DNA of 53,541 nt from a virus. Its lineage: Duplodnaviria; Caudoviricetes. The notes below the pieces were generated by a model, which saw only the letters and a list, made by a program, of their open reading frames with translations, searched no databases and was not told the DNA's origin. Position 1 is the first letter of the stretch. The number at the start of each line of letters is the position of its first letter. Location: the IMG/VR virus record IMGVR_UViG_3300002242_000923, positions 1 through 53,541 of that record; one strand, given 5' to 3'. Positions 17,186 to 26,468 of this stretch are shown here, piece after piece. The position numbers and the translations under genes were made by a program.

Positions 17186-18205
17186 TCAGACATCTTTGCC
17201 CTTAATTTCTATTTTATTGTAATTACCTATATTTACTATATTAAACTTTAAATCACCCATATTTTGAGAATAATCTAAATCTCCATAAGTATCTTTATAG
17301 TAAATCACATTAACACCAGCTTGATATAATAATCTTAAACACTTTTTACATGGTGATAAAGTACAAAATATAACACAATTATCTGTTTTAATTCCATGCC
17401 TTACTGCATTACAAATAAGATTTTCTTCTGCATGTATAATATATTGATATTTTTCTGGTCTTATGTTTGGCAGTTCTTTATCTGGTGCCCCCCTAACAAA
17501 TCCATTAAATCCATCAGCAATAACAGCACCTGATTTATTGTTTATTAATAGTGCACCAACTTTAGTTTGATTATCATGAGAGTTAGCTGCAATAGTTTTA
17601 GCTCTTTCATAATAAGAATCTAATTTATCTTCATTTATTCCAAGTTTAACTTGATTATATTTAACTATATTAAATATGTGTTCAAAAAAGTTTTCAATAC
17701 CTAAATTAAGTTTCATTGTATTGCAAGTCTTGCAACATGTGACCACATTACTCGATGTATATCCTAAATTATTATTTACCCTATCTATCCCATTATAATT
17801 ATATGAACCCTTTTTATTGTTTACTATGTGGGCATTACTTTCTTTTGTTCCACAATATTTACATGATTTATCTATTAAAACATTAAACTCACTTTTAGTT
17901 AAATTAAAAGAATAATTTCTTTTTTTAGCTGAGTGCTTATATTGCTCATATAGTTCTCTTTTAGCTAATTCTTCTATAGATTTAGAGTTCCAAGCAGTTT
18001 TACCTGTAGATAATTCTACTAAATTATTATGAGTCCAACAACCACAACTTTTAGATGATCCATTTTTTATATTATATTCTTTAACTTCAACTTCTTTACC
18101 ACAATCGCATACTGCTTTTACGTAATATCTTCCATTTTTCTTAAATCTTTTAGATTTTATTGTCCACATATTATATTTTTTGTGTAACTCTAGTATATTG
18201 CCCAT
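17186..18205 (-). CDS. HNH-type homing endonuclease fused to dCMP deaminase
   Basis: CDCG..SKSCGC, CKYCG, GIDRVNNNLGYTSSNVVTCCKTCN; then GFNG, HAEEN, PCKKC. Confidence 0.85.
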   Translation of the reverse strand: MGNILELHKKYNMWTIKSKRFKKNGRYYVKAVCDCGKEVEVKEYNIKNGSSKSCGCWTHNNLVELSTGKTAWNSKSIEELAKRELYEQYKHSAKKRNYSFNLTKSEFNVLIDKSCKYCGTKESNAHIVNNKKGSYNYNGIDRVNNNLGYTSSNVVTCCKTCNTMKLNLGIENFFEHIFNIVKYNQVKLGINEDKLDSYYERAKTIAANSHDNQTKVGALLINNKSGAVIADGFNGFVRGAPDKELPNIRPEKYQYIIHAEENLICNAVRHGIKTDNCVIFCTLSPCKKCLRLLYQAGVNVIYYKDTYGDLDYSQNMGDLKFNIVNIGNYNKIEIKGKDV

Positions 18206-19014
18206 TAAAAATCCTCTATAGTGTAAGGCTTTTCTTTGTAATACTTATAATAACTATTACAGAAATTACTATATTGTATGATTCTAGATTTGCTGCTATG
18301 TCGTCTATCTTGTGATGAATTAGTTGCCACTATATCTAACTGAATTACTTCAGAAAAGCCATGCTTGTTATGTTGCTGATCTTCGTTAGTTGCACCCATT
18401 GTATATCTTGGGAACGTTTGCTTTGTTTTATCTGTGGGTCTTTTAATTATGTTAGTAATTTTCCAAGCAATTATGCCAGAACCATAAGTTGTTGCACAAT
18501 CATAGATTATATCTCCTACATTATAAGTTTTGATGTGTTCGTATGCTTCTTTATTGGTATTAAAGTTAATTTCTAATTTTTTATTCTTACGTCTAGCTTG
18601 TCCCTTTTTCTTAGTTTGGAGTTTCTCGGCAGCTAAAGGGTCATAGCCTTTACCATCATCAAATACTATAGATTCTATATAATCAGGATCAGATTCAATT
18701 TCATATCTAGGGGGTGGATATTGTGTTGTTAAGCATTGAACTTCAACACCTAACTTACCTGCGGCATTGATTCTCTTAATAAAGATAAAGCCATCTGCAT
18801 CTTTGTAAAAGACCATGAACTTATCTTTGCCTCCACGGTTTCTAGAGACATATTTCCAAGAATCATCATAAACTTTAGATTTAATAAATAAAACTTCTCC
18901 AACTTCAATCTCTTTGTGCTTCTTATGAGATGCCATTATACTCTTAGTCTTTTTATAATATTCACATTTATTCACTCTTATTAAATCTGATTTACTTAAT
19001 TTTTCTTGTGTCAT
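18205..19014 (-). CDS. Hypothetical protein (paralog of 22259..22756)
   Basis: 269-aa ORF with GGAG RBS; DxxGF...GKL...DPDY...YDP. Confidence 0.7.
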   Translation of the reverse strand: MTQEKLSKSDLIRVNKCEYYKKTKSIMASHKKHKEIEVGEVLFIKSKVYDDSWKYVSRNRGGKDKFMVFYKDADGFIFIKRINAAGKLGVEVQCLTTQYPPPRYEIESDPDYIESIVFDDGKGYDPLAAEKLQTKKKGQARRKNKKLEINFNTNKEAYEHIKTYNVGDIIYDCATTYGSGIIAWKITNIIKRPTDKTKQTFPRYTMGATNEDQQHNKHGFSEVIQLDIVATNSSQDRRHSSKSRIIQYSNFCNSYYKYYKEKPYTIEDF

Positions 19015-19054
19015 ATGTTCTCCGTGTGATATAATAGTTCTTATAGGAGTTATT

Positions 19055-19282
19055 GTGTCATTATTTAAAAAAACTATATCAACAATACAAGGTCTTCGTA
19101 AGTGGTCAATTATGTTTCTACTAATAATTATAGGTGTAACATTTAGGGTTACAGACCTATTATCTGGCGTAGAATTCGTTGCTCTACTTAAAGGTACAGC
19201 TATAGCATTCTTCAGTTCAAATGCGATTGAGCATATTAAGTCTGCTATAATTGCTAAGAAAGAAGATATGAGCGAAGACTAA
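19055..19282 (+). CDS. Small two-TM membrane protein (holin-like)
   Basis: Two hydrophobic helices, charged tail; own TGATATAAT promoter (19027-19035) and AGGAG RBS. Confidence 0.55.
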   Translation: MSLFKKTISTIQGLRKWSIMFLLIIIGVTFRVTDLLSGVEFVALLKGTAIAFFSSNAIEHIKSAIIAKKEDMSED

Positions 19283-19515
19283 GCGTCTTCGTCCGTCTCA
19301 TATATATACTCAATCTCTTCTTCTTCTATTAAACCTTTATTACCAACTAGTTTTTCACCAACGGCCTTATATCTAGTTATCTTAACTCTCTGAACAGTAA
19401 TCTCTCCCGTAATTGGATCGATAATTTCTATTTTTTCTTCGTACTCTTTTTCTATTCTATTGTCTTTTCGTTTCTTTCTGACTTTTTTTGGCTTTATATC
19501 CGTCTTTTCTGACAT
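19279..19515 (-). CDS. Hypothetical protein
   Basis: AGGAGG RBS; IIDPITGE motif. Confidence 0.65.
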   Translation of the reverse strand: MSEKTDIKPKKVRKKRKDNRIEKEYEEKIEIIDPITGEITVQRVKITRYKAVGEKLVGNKGLIEEEEIEYIYETDEDA

Positions 19516-19699
19516 CGTAACCTCCTATTGCACATGTTTTCTTTATGGAATCTATTTCTATTTGTATCTGTCTATTTCTTAAATTTATTGCTTCTGTAAT
19601 CATTTCTATATGGCCAACTATTCCTAAATCTGCTATAAACCAGGCCATCCTTTCTTTCATTGTAAGGTCATGCTCATTAGTCATCAAACATTTCTCCAC
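19457..19699 (-). CDS. Hypothetical protein
   Basis: Packed ORF; start uncertain. Confidence 0.5.
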   Translation of the reverse strand: MEKCLMTNEHDLTMKERMAWFIADLGIVGHIEMITEAINLRNRQIQIEIDSIKKTCAIGGYDVRKDGYKAKKSQKETKRQ

Positions 19700-19789
19700 T
19701 CGTATCTACTGAATTAAAAGAATATTCCATAGCTATCTTAAAGTCTGTATCTTTATCAGTTATATTTAATCTCTTTAAAACTTTAAACA

Positions 19790-20359
19790 TCATATATTTG
19801 ATGTAATATTTTTTCTTAATGCGTTTATGTTCCTCCACTCCGATTCTAGACTCCCATTTATCTGAGATCTGTAAAGCTCCATTTCCTTTGGTAGATTCTT
19901 TTGATTTAGGTAATTTATCCATTGTTCCAATTTCCCACTTACTATTATTTCATTATACACAGTGATCGGCATTAACAGTTGTGCTGTAAAATCTGAACCA
20001 CCGTCCATGGGTATACCTTGACTATTGAGGATTAAGGCTTCTGTTGTAGCCTTTATATAGTTAGCCATATTTTCTCTATCCTCTAACTTATCTCCATCAA
20101 TCATGCTTACATCAGGAGTATAAGCCTCGATGTCATTCGAGGGGGTTGTAATGACATCGAGGCCATATTTTTGCAGATTTAACTGCACAAATAAAGGAAG
20201 TTTCATAATTAAAGTGGCAGACGCCAATTTAAGTAACTTAATATTAGTTTTAGTTTTAAAGTATTTATCTTGCAAGTCTTGTAACATTCTGCCACCACCA
20301 GAGAATTCTAAAACAGCCACCCACCCTTTATCTAAAACTGGCATTTTATTGAGAGTCAT
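19790..20359 (-). CDS. ThyX-like protein, probably catalytically degenerate
   Basis: VLDKGWV, KLPLFV, AQLLMP..Y....SG.L..W..YL resemble the ThyX scaffold; RHR and SxRY motifs absent. Confidence 0.55.
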   Translation of the reverse strand: MTLNKMPVLDKGWVAVLEFSGGGRMLQDLQDKYFKTKTNIKLLKLASATLIMKLPLFVQLNLQKYGLDVITTPSNDIEAYTPDVSMIDGDKLEDRENMANYIKATTEALILNSQGIPMDGGSDFTAQLLMPITVYNEIIVSGKLEQWINYLNQKNLPKEMELYRSQINGSLESEWRNINALRKNITSNI

Positions 20360-20886
20360 ATTTTATTACCTTTCTTTAAATTCTCTTCAGCTGTTAAAAT
20401 TTGTAAGTTCCAAGGAACATGTAAGCCACAAACTGTTTTCCCTTGTAGTGGAACTATGTGGTCCACATGATACCCTTTTGGGCAGCTTTTGTAAATTTCT
20501 TTAACTTCTTCCAATTGTATTTCAGTAAGCCAAGATGGGGTAGCCTTTAGTTTTTTAGCTCTATATTTAGCATTCATTGCTACTTTTTTGTTTTTATTTT
20601 TATGTAGATATTTTTTCTCATAAATAGCTTTTTTAATTTTGTTTTTATCATTGTATTTTTTCTTTTTTATACTGATAGTTTCTATATTATTTTTATACCA
20701 AATTTTCTCTCTTTTTGATATTATTACTTTATTTTCATTATAGTAATTAGCTTTCATTAATTTAATGCAGGATTTGCAAGAAGGGTATTTACCATCATTA
20801 TACCTTGTGTCTTTATAAAAGTCGTCTAAAGGTTTTTCCTTCTTGCATTTGCTGCATTTTTTCACTTTTAATTCTAACTTTGTCAT
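20356..20886 (-). CDS. HNH homing endonuclease
   Basis: CSKC..CKSC, YHVDHIVPLQG..VCGLHVPWNLQILTAEEN. Confidence 0.9.
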   Translation of the reverse strand: MTKLELKVKKCSKCKKEKPLDDFYKDTRYNDGKYPSCKSCIKLMKANYYNENKVIISKREKIWYKNNIETISIKKKKYNDKNKIKKAIYEKKYLHKNKNKKVAMNAKYRAKKLKATPSWLTEIQLEEVKEIYKSCPKGYHVDHIVPLQGKTVCGLHVPWNLQILTAEENLKKGNKI

Positions 20887-21381
20887 TTACTCATTTTCTG
20901 AATCAGCTTCTATTAATCCAGCTGGAATAAGTAATTCTTCTTCGTCATCCCAAAGTGCTGCTTCTAAAATTCCATTAGCCACCATTTCTTCCCAGTTAGC
21001 CTCAATAAAATCAACTGTACCTTCATCAAGGAATTGTGAGGATTTATCGAAGTCTTTAGTAAGAACATACACCATTGCATGATGCTGCTCTCGCTCCCAC
21101 ATGCAACCTACCGCTTCAACCATCTCATAAAATTCAAATGGTCCACGCATCGTAGATGCAAGTAATTGTGGTTTATTTCTTGAATCAGTATTAACTGCAA
21201 CCAAGAATGTTCCATCTTCAATATCTGAAAAGTCCATTGTTCCATCCATAAGTTCAGCACAAAATTCCTCATCTTGTGTGATTGGCTTAGCTGACAATGG
21301 TTTAGCAACAGTCATACTGTCATCCTTAATTGGATTTTCTCTATCTTTTGCTTTCTGATTACCATCTGGTATAAAACTCAT
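20887..21381 (-). CDS. Hypothetical acidic protein
   Basis: 164-aa ORF, translationally coupled. Confidence 0.7.
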   Translation of the reverse strand: MSFIPDGNQKAKDRENPIKDDSMTVAKPLSAKPITQDEEFCAELMDGTMDFSDIEDGTFLVAVNTDSRNKPQLLASTMRGPFEFYEMVEAVGCMWEREQHHAMVYVLTKDFDKSSQFLDEGTVDFIEANWEEMVANGILEAALWDDEEELLIPAGLIEADSENE

Positions 21382-21920
21382 TATTCTTCTCCCTCGTTCA
21401 TGTCTTTAAAAGACTCTTTAACTGCCAAATCGGCTATAAAATTTTCAAACATTTTTAATAGTTTTCTATTTGGATTTACTTTCTCTTCATCATCTATGTT
21501 TGATACTAGGCAACTCCCGTCGTTCCAAATAAGTGGATTGCCATTAATGTACATCTCATCCCCAGCTCTAACAACTAATATGCGATGATCATGACTCACA
21601 AATCTTTCAGCATCATCTACTATCTCTATACTCTCAATCACATCATCGTAAACATTGAAGCTATAATTGTGATCTAAGTGATTCTGAATGCTAATGTAAT
21701 TAGATTTAGCAATACCGTTTTCACATGAATCCTCATTTAGAGCATTCGCAACTATAAAATCTCCACCTTGAAGATAAGCTTTAATATTAAAACCAAAGGC
21801 ATAATAGTCCTCCGTATCTTCAAAATCTTTTTTAGAAGTAGCCATAATATCGTTAATGGTCTTAAACTTAATTCTTACTACTTCACCCTTATGTGGATTT
21901 AACTCTTTCAATACTGACAT
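21381..21920 (-). CDS. Hypothetical protein
   Basis: GGGGG RBS; 11-mer promoter motif upstream. Confidence 0.7.
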   Translation of the reverse strand: MSVLKELNPHKGEVVRIKFKTINDIMATSKKDFEDTEDYYAFGFNIKAYLQGGDFIVANALNEDSCENGIAKSNYISIQNHLDHNYSFNVYDDVIESIEIVDDAERFVSHDHRILVVRAGDEMYINGNPLIWNDGSCLVSNIDDEEKVNPNRKLLKMFENFIADLAVKESFKDMNEGEE

Positions 21921-21943
21921 ATTTCCCCCTTTATGTTTCTATA

Positions 21944-22195
21944 TCATTTTCGATTCTGTTTTGTTTTTTTAGGTTTAAATAGTTTTAAATCTTTTTTAGT
22001 TACATTAGGTAGGTATTGAGGTTTAGATTTATATAATACTTTACTTTTAATATCTTTATCAGTAAAAGCATGCAATTTACATTCGCTATCTTCAAATACA
22101 CAAACTCTATTATTAAACATAATCAAGGTGAGTTCACCTAAATTAAAATTATAAGTTTTATAACCAGCTTTTATTTTCTTCTTTAATTTAGCCAC
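21944..22195 (-). CDS. Hypothetical basic protein
   Basis: AAGGA RBS, GTG start. Confidence 0.55.
   Translation of the reverse strand: MAKLKKKIKAGYKTYNFNLGELTLIMFNNRVCVFEDSECKLHAFTDKDIKSKVLYKSKPQYLPNVTKKDLKLFKPKKTKQNRK
21950..21960 (-). promoter_or_regulatory. Phage-specific motif AACAGAATCGA
   Basis: Exact copy 30 nt upstream of start 21920. Confidence 0.75.
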
Positions 22196-22258
22196 TCCTT
22201 TATCTGAACCTGTGTATATTCTAAGCTTTTGATTTGCAGCTTTAATCTTATAATAATT

Positions 22259-22756
22259 CTAAACCATAAGTTTAATTGCTCTAAGTTCTTTAGTTCTTTC
22301 TTCTTGTTCGGTTTTCTCTAATTCTTTAAGTTTAGCCACAGGGTCATAATCTTGTCCCAATATGGTTGCATCTAGAAAATCTGGATCAAGTACAAACATC
22401 TTATTAACTTCCAATTCATGTAAATTTGAATCATATATAAAATCATTTACATAATCATACAATTCATAAAAACTTTCACTCAATTTGCCATCTTTTAATA
22501 CTTCTGTAAAGTGCGGAAAGCCGGCAGAATCTATATATATAACTTTATGTTTTATTGGTATATCAGTTAGTTTATTGTTTACGCGGTAACAATCTGTATA
22601 TTCATATTTATCGTTATGATACTTATAAATATGAACATAATCACCGACAGAAAATTGTTTCATATCTTGAAGTACTTTTTCCATACGTGGAATTATCTCT
22701 GACTCTAAACTATTTTCTATATTTTTTTTATATTCTGTAAGACTATCTTCATTCAT
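22259..22756 (-). CDS. Hypothetical protein (paralog of 18205..19014)
   Basis: AGGAG RBS; DxxGF...GKL...DPDF...YDP. Confidence 0.7.
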   Translation of the reverse strand: MNEDSLTEYKKNIENSLESEIIPRMEKVLQDMKQFSVGDYVHIYKYHNDKYEYTDCYRVNNKLTDIPIKHKVIYIDSAGFPHFTEVLKDGKLSESFYELYDYVNDFIYDSNLHELEVNKMFVLDPDFLDATILGQDYDPVAKLKELEKTEQEERTKELRAIKLMV

Positions 22757-22779
22757 CTACAGCTCCTATTTTAACACTA

Positions 22780-23586
22780 TTATTTTCTACCGAGCATTTT
22801 AAGAATCTTTTCCTCGTCACGATCATAAATATGTAAACTGTCTACTGTATGAGTGTAAGTACCAATTTCTAGATCTGGATATATATCTATAAGCTCATCA
22901 ATCATGTCTTGCATTAAGCTTATAAACCATGGTAAATCATATACTAAGCCTAATGTAAGATCGTTGCTTCTCATATGGACTCTAAATAATAACTTATTAT
23001 CTCGAATGTGAAAATTGCCACTAAGTGTACAAGTCAAATCTTTATTTCCTTTATAAAAATGTTCAGGTAAGCTAAATCTAAGGATAGCTTGTCTAGTATT
23101 TTTATCTGACTTAAGTGCATCTACACACCATTCCCATGGAGTTCTCATGTAGTCTATAGACTTCTGCATTAACTGCTCAGTCATTTCGGCGACACTGCAA
23201 CCTAGTGTGCCCGCTGTAGCACTAAATTCATACATGGGATTACCATGAGACTTCTTAAACTTAATAAGGTGCCCATAAGCAGAGTTAACTGTTCCGTCTG
23301 GATTCTGTAATTTTAACCAAAACTTAGAAGCTTTACCAAAATCTTCAGCACAATTAGTTCCTGAATTGTATAGGTCACACTCTTTTTTAGTATAAGACTC
23401 GATAATGTCATTTCTACTACTATCATGAGTACGGATTGCCTCACTTGTTGGATTAGTGATTTGGAAACCATAATACAACTTCTCCCTAATAGTTTGCTCT
23501 CTTGGTGCACACACATAGTCTGGATTGTCATACACATCTGCTAACGTTCCGAGATATGCCTCATGCAAATTCTCATACTTCTCCAT
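22780..23586 (-). CDS. Thymidylate-synthase-fold enzyme, T4 gp42-like dCMP hydroxymethylase candidate
   Basis: NSAYG, TRQA, DLTCT, MRSND..LGLVYD (Asp at specificity position), SLHIY; start 23586 has AGGAG RBS. Confidence 0.75.
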   Translation of the reverse strand: MEKYENLHEAYLGTLADVYDNPDYVCAPREQTIREKLYYGFQITNPTSEAIRTHDSSRNDIIESYTKKECDLYNSGTNCAEDFGKASKFWLKLQNPDGTVNSAYGHLIKFKKSHGNPMYEFSATAGTLGCSVAEMTEQLMQKSIDYMRTPWEWCVDALKSDKNTRQAILRFSLPEHFYKGNKDLTCTLSGNFHIRDNKLLFRVHMRSNDLTLGLVYDLPWFISLMQDMIDELIDIYPDLEIGTYTHTVDSLHIYDRDEEKILKMLGRK

Positions 23587-23753
23587 CTTCACTCCTAATA
23601 TAGCAATAATCATTGACACAATTCAATTTATATAGCCCAATTAATTCCACCTATCTTCTTCATCATTCCAAAAGTCCCAACCATTAAATTTAATTATACA
23701 CATTACAATTAAAGCAGATGGTACTGATATAAGACACATTGTTAAAAAACTCA

Positions 23754-24131
23754 TTACTCTACCTTATCAATTTCGCCTAATACTTCTTCAATATTAGATG
23801 ACCAAATACCATAACCTTTGGCATGTTTAGTTAACTTTTTCATTAATGAACCTACTCTTTTAGAGAGGTGACCATATACAAAAGTTGATTCTTTAGTTTT
23901 AAATTCTGTCTTATAATTCTGTAAAGCAATACAAACTTCTGTCATTAAGTACTGACGTATATCTGCCATAGTCCAACCTGAATTGCCAAGACCAATTTCG
24001 TCTCTACCATATTTAGTAGACATCTCAGCTTCATTCCAATTCTTCTTAACTGACTTTGCCATCCACGACTCAACCATAGGTTTATATTGCAGTAACATTT
24101 CATTGGTTACTGTTCGTTTTGTTTTTTTCAT
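23754..24131 (-). CDS. Sigma-70 region 2-like protein
   Basis: LLQYKPMV...ADIRQ...IALQNYK...KESTFVYGHL matches the region 2.1-2.3 pattern. Confidence 0.5.
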   Translation of the reverse strand: MKKTKRTVTNEMLLQYKPMVESWMAKSVKKNWNEAEMSTKYGRDEIGLGNSGWTMADIRQYLMTEVCIALQNYKTEFKTKESTFVYGHLSKRVGSLMKKLTKHAKGYGIWSSNIEEVLGEIDKVE

Positions 24132-24618
24132 AACTCTTCTCCATGAGACATAGTAGTTGATAAATATTCTTCCGATGAACGTCGTTAATACGCTTTTTAA
24201 TCGAATCTGTTTGTGTCACTTGATAATAGTATTCTGCTATATCAAAGATAGAATTAACAAACTCTATTTTACTTCGATTTTCTTTGACAACAGCTTGAAA
24301 CTGTTTATATATTTTAGTTCTTTTAGGCATTTTAGCTGAACTACAAGATATAAAAATGTTAAAGATGCTTCTAATAACATTATTACTAATTTTCTTAATA
24401 GCTTCATCTTCGTCAATGTAGAAAGCTTTAGTTTCGACATTGAAAGCTCTATAAACTTCACAATTTATTAATTTATTATAGAACTTAGTTCCATCTAAAT
24501 TAGGTTCCCAAGATCCCTCATTCAATCTAACACGCTGCTCATTGATGATTAGCTTAAATATAGGTTTACCTACGTCTAATGTCTTAATCTTTGCTATTAT
24601 TTTGTCTTTATAATTCAC
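24100..24618 (-). CDS. Hypothetical protein
   Basis: 172-aa packed ORF. Confidence 0.65.
   Translation of the reverse strand: MNYKDKIIAKIKTLDVGKPIFKLIINEQRVRLNEGSWEPNLDGTKFYNKLINCEVYRAFNVETKAFYIDEDEAIKKISNNVIRSIFNIFISCSSAKMPKRTKIYKQFQAVVKENRSKIEFVNSIFDIAEYYYQVTQTDSIKKRINDVHRKNIYQLLCLMEKSYEKNKTNSNQ
24201..24211 (-). promoter_or_regulatory. Variant motif AACAGATTCGA
   Basis: 1 mismatch; 70 nt upstream of the sigma-like gene, inside the previous ORF. Confidence 0.45.
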
Positions 24619-25343
24619 AGTATCTCCTTTTCTTCAATTGAATAAATCGGTCGCTCTCCGTGCATCATAATCTTAATTCTAGTTATATTATTAAGAGCCG
24701 GAAGATTCCCCTCTCTTACATACAAAATTATCCATTTCGCAAACCTTTTACACAAACTTAAATCCTTAATATCTAACTTTTTATCATCCATTAATTCCTC
24801 TAAATGACGACAGAACTTATAAACTTTACCTCTATAAGTTCTGTCTTTTCTAACCTTATGAGCACCGTACAGATCAGCTATCTCATTCATTCTAGATTTG
24901 TTAACTGCTTTATTGCTACTTAATTGCATTTTTATTGGATTTATGATATTTCGTTTAGCCTGTATTTCTAATTCATTATCATTAAGACCTATTTTAGTCT
25001 TAACTATAAACAACTTATGAGACATTGTATTTGTTTCAAAGTCTACAGTAAACTCATCACCTTCTTCTAAATCTTTAGCTTCTATTTTAAAAAAATCTCT
25101 AGATACTTTGTTTATACTTTTTAAAATAATTCTTAAGCCTAATTCTTTAGCCTTATCATATATAACGTCTTCAACCCTAATAAAATTCCAACCCCAATTT
25201 TTATTAAAGGTTGCAAGCATCATTTCTTGAGTAATTTCTATTTCATCTGGAAGTTGTGATAATTCATCATTAATACTACCTTGAAACGGCTCTATCAGCT
25301 TAGATATTTCATCTAACTCTTCATAAACTCTATCCTTAAACAT
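24615..25343 (-). CDS. Hypothetical protein
   Basis: 242-aa ORF, AGGAG RBS. Confidence 0.7.
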   Translation of the reverse strand: MFKDRVYEELDEISKLIEPFQGSINDELSQLPDEIEITQEMMLATFNKNWGWNFIRVEDVIYDKAKELGLRIILKSINKVSRDFFKIEAKDLEEGDEFTVDFETNTMSHKLFIVKTKIGLNDNELEIQAKRNIINPIKMQLSSNKAVNKSRMNEIADLYGAHKVRKDRTYRGKVYKFCRHLEELMDDKKLDIKDLSLCKRFAKWIILYVREGNLPALNNITRIKIMMHGERPIYSIEEKEIL

Positions 25344-25482
25344 CTTTTCTCCTAATGATAAATTTTCAATAATTACCTATTAACATTCTATCTACAAGTT
25401 CTTGTTCTATATAGTCTTCTCTTAATTTTCTCATTGTTCTATAATCAATAGAGCTGTTTCAAGGTAGTATTAAAGTTTAATT

Positions 25483-25848
25483 TCATGCTTCACCCGTTAA
25501 AGTTCTATCTATCATTTCATCTTCAATTAACTTCTTTTTCTTTTGCATCTTTTTAAGAGCATGTTTAGCATTACCAATTATACTATTGAGTTTATGCCAT
25601 TCTTCTTTATCATCACTCCACTCAATTTTAGTTTGAGTTTCTGCTGTACTATCAAAAGACCAGCGGCAAGTATTAGTGCCTTCGCCGCTATTCACTAATC
25701 TTTCAAATAGTATTTCACACATAAGTTCATTATCTGCGATATCTTTTTCATACCTAGTTTGTCTAGCTTCTAGCTTATCTAATTCACGAGACAAATCTAC
25801 AGTCTTAATTTTGTTGATTTTGCCTTTTCTAAGATGCTTTAGTTCCAT
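25483..25848 (-). CDS. Hypothetical coiled-coil protein
   Basis: Coupled ORF; ends EMIDRTLTGEA. Confidence 0.65.
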   Translation of the reverse strand: MELKHLRKGKINKIKTVDLSRELDKLEARQTRYEKDIADNELMCEILFERLVNSGEGTNTCRWSFDSTAETQTKIEWSDDKEEWHKLNSIIGNAKHALKKMQKKKKLIEDEMIDRTLTGEA

Positions 25849-26132
25849 TACTTTACTTCATATCCTAAGTCTTTAGCTGCAGTTAAGGATAGAGAACCTG
25901 ATCTCTCACCTTGTCTACGCGTACGTTTAACTTCATATTTATCAAAATGAACAAATCTACCTTTATGTTCAGCTACTTGATATACAGTACCTTCGCCATC
26001 TTGGAAGTGTCCACCAGTTCCCATTTCACTCTCTAACTTCTCAACAGTTTCCTTGAGTTCTTCTAGGTAAGCCTTGTATTGCTCTTTTTTCTTTTCTAAT
26101 TCGATGTACTTCACTTGTGTTTCAGTCAACAT
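25848..26132 (-). CDS. Hypothetical protein
   Basis: AAGGAG RBS. Confidence 0.7.
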   Translation of the reverse strand: MLTETQVKYIELEKKKEQYKAYLEELKETVEKLESEMGTGGHFQDGEGTVYQVAEHKGRFVHFDKYEVKRTRRQGERSGSLSLTAAKDLGYEVK

Positions 26133-26142
26133 AATACTCTCC

Positions 26143-26433
26143 TTATATATTGCCTTCTCTGTTATCGTCTTCTCTTAACATTGCTCTATCACACCAATTA
26201 TTAAATAATTTCATAATGGCTATGCTAGCCAATGGTTGAAATGGTCTCCATTTTTGAGTTGTCCAATATAGTATTTTCTTATTATATCGAATTGGTCTAA
26301 GTGTTTTCTTAGCATCTTCTTTAAATGTCATTTCATTAAAATTAAAATATAAGATTTGAGATTTTTCTATATCAATTATAATACAGTTTTTATTATCTAT
26401 AATATAGTTCTTATAATATTCTAAATCTTCCAT
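26143..26433 (-). CDS. Hypothetical protein
   Basis: GGGAG RBS, motif variant upstream. Confidence 0.65.
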   Translation of the reverse strand: MEDLEYYKNYIIDNKNCIIIDIEKSQILYFNFNEMTFKEDAKKTLRPIRYNKKILYWTTQKWRPFQPLASIAIMKLFNNWCDRAMLREDDNREGNI

Positions 26434-26456
26434 AACTCTCCCTATACGAGAATTAT

Positions 26457-26467
26457 TCGATTCGGTT
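26457..26467 (-). promoter_or_regulatory. Variant motif AACCGAATCGA
   Basis: 1 mismatch; intergenic, 24 nt upstream of start 26433. Confidence 0.65.
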
Positions 26468-26468
26468 T

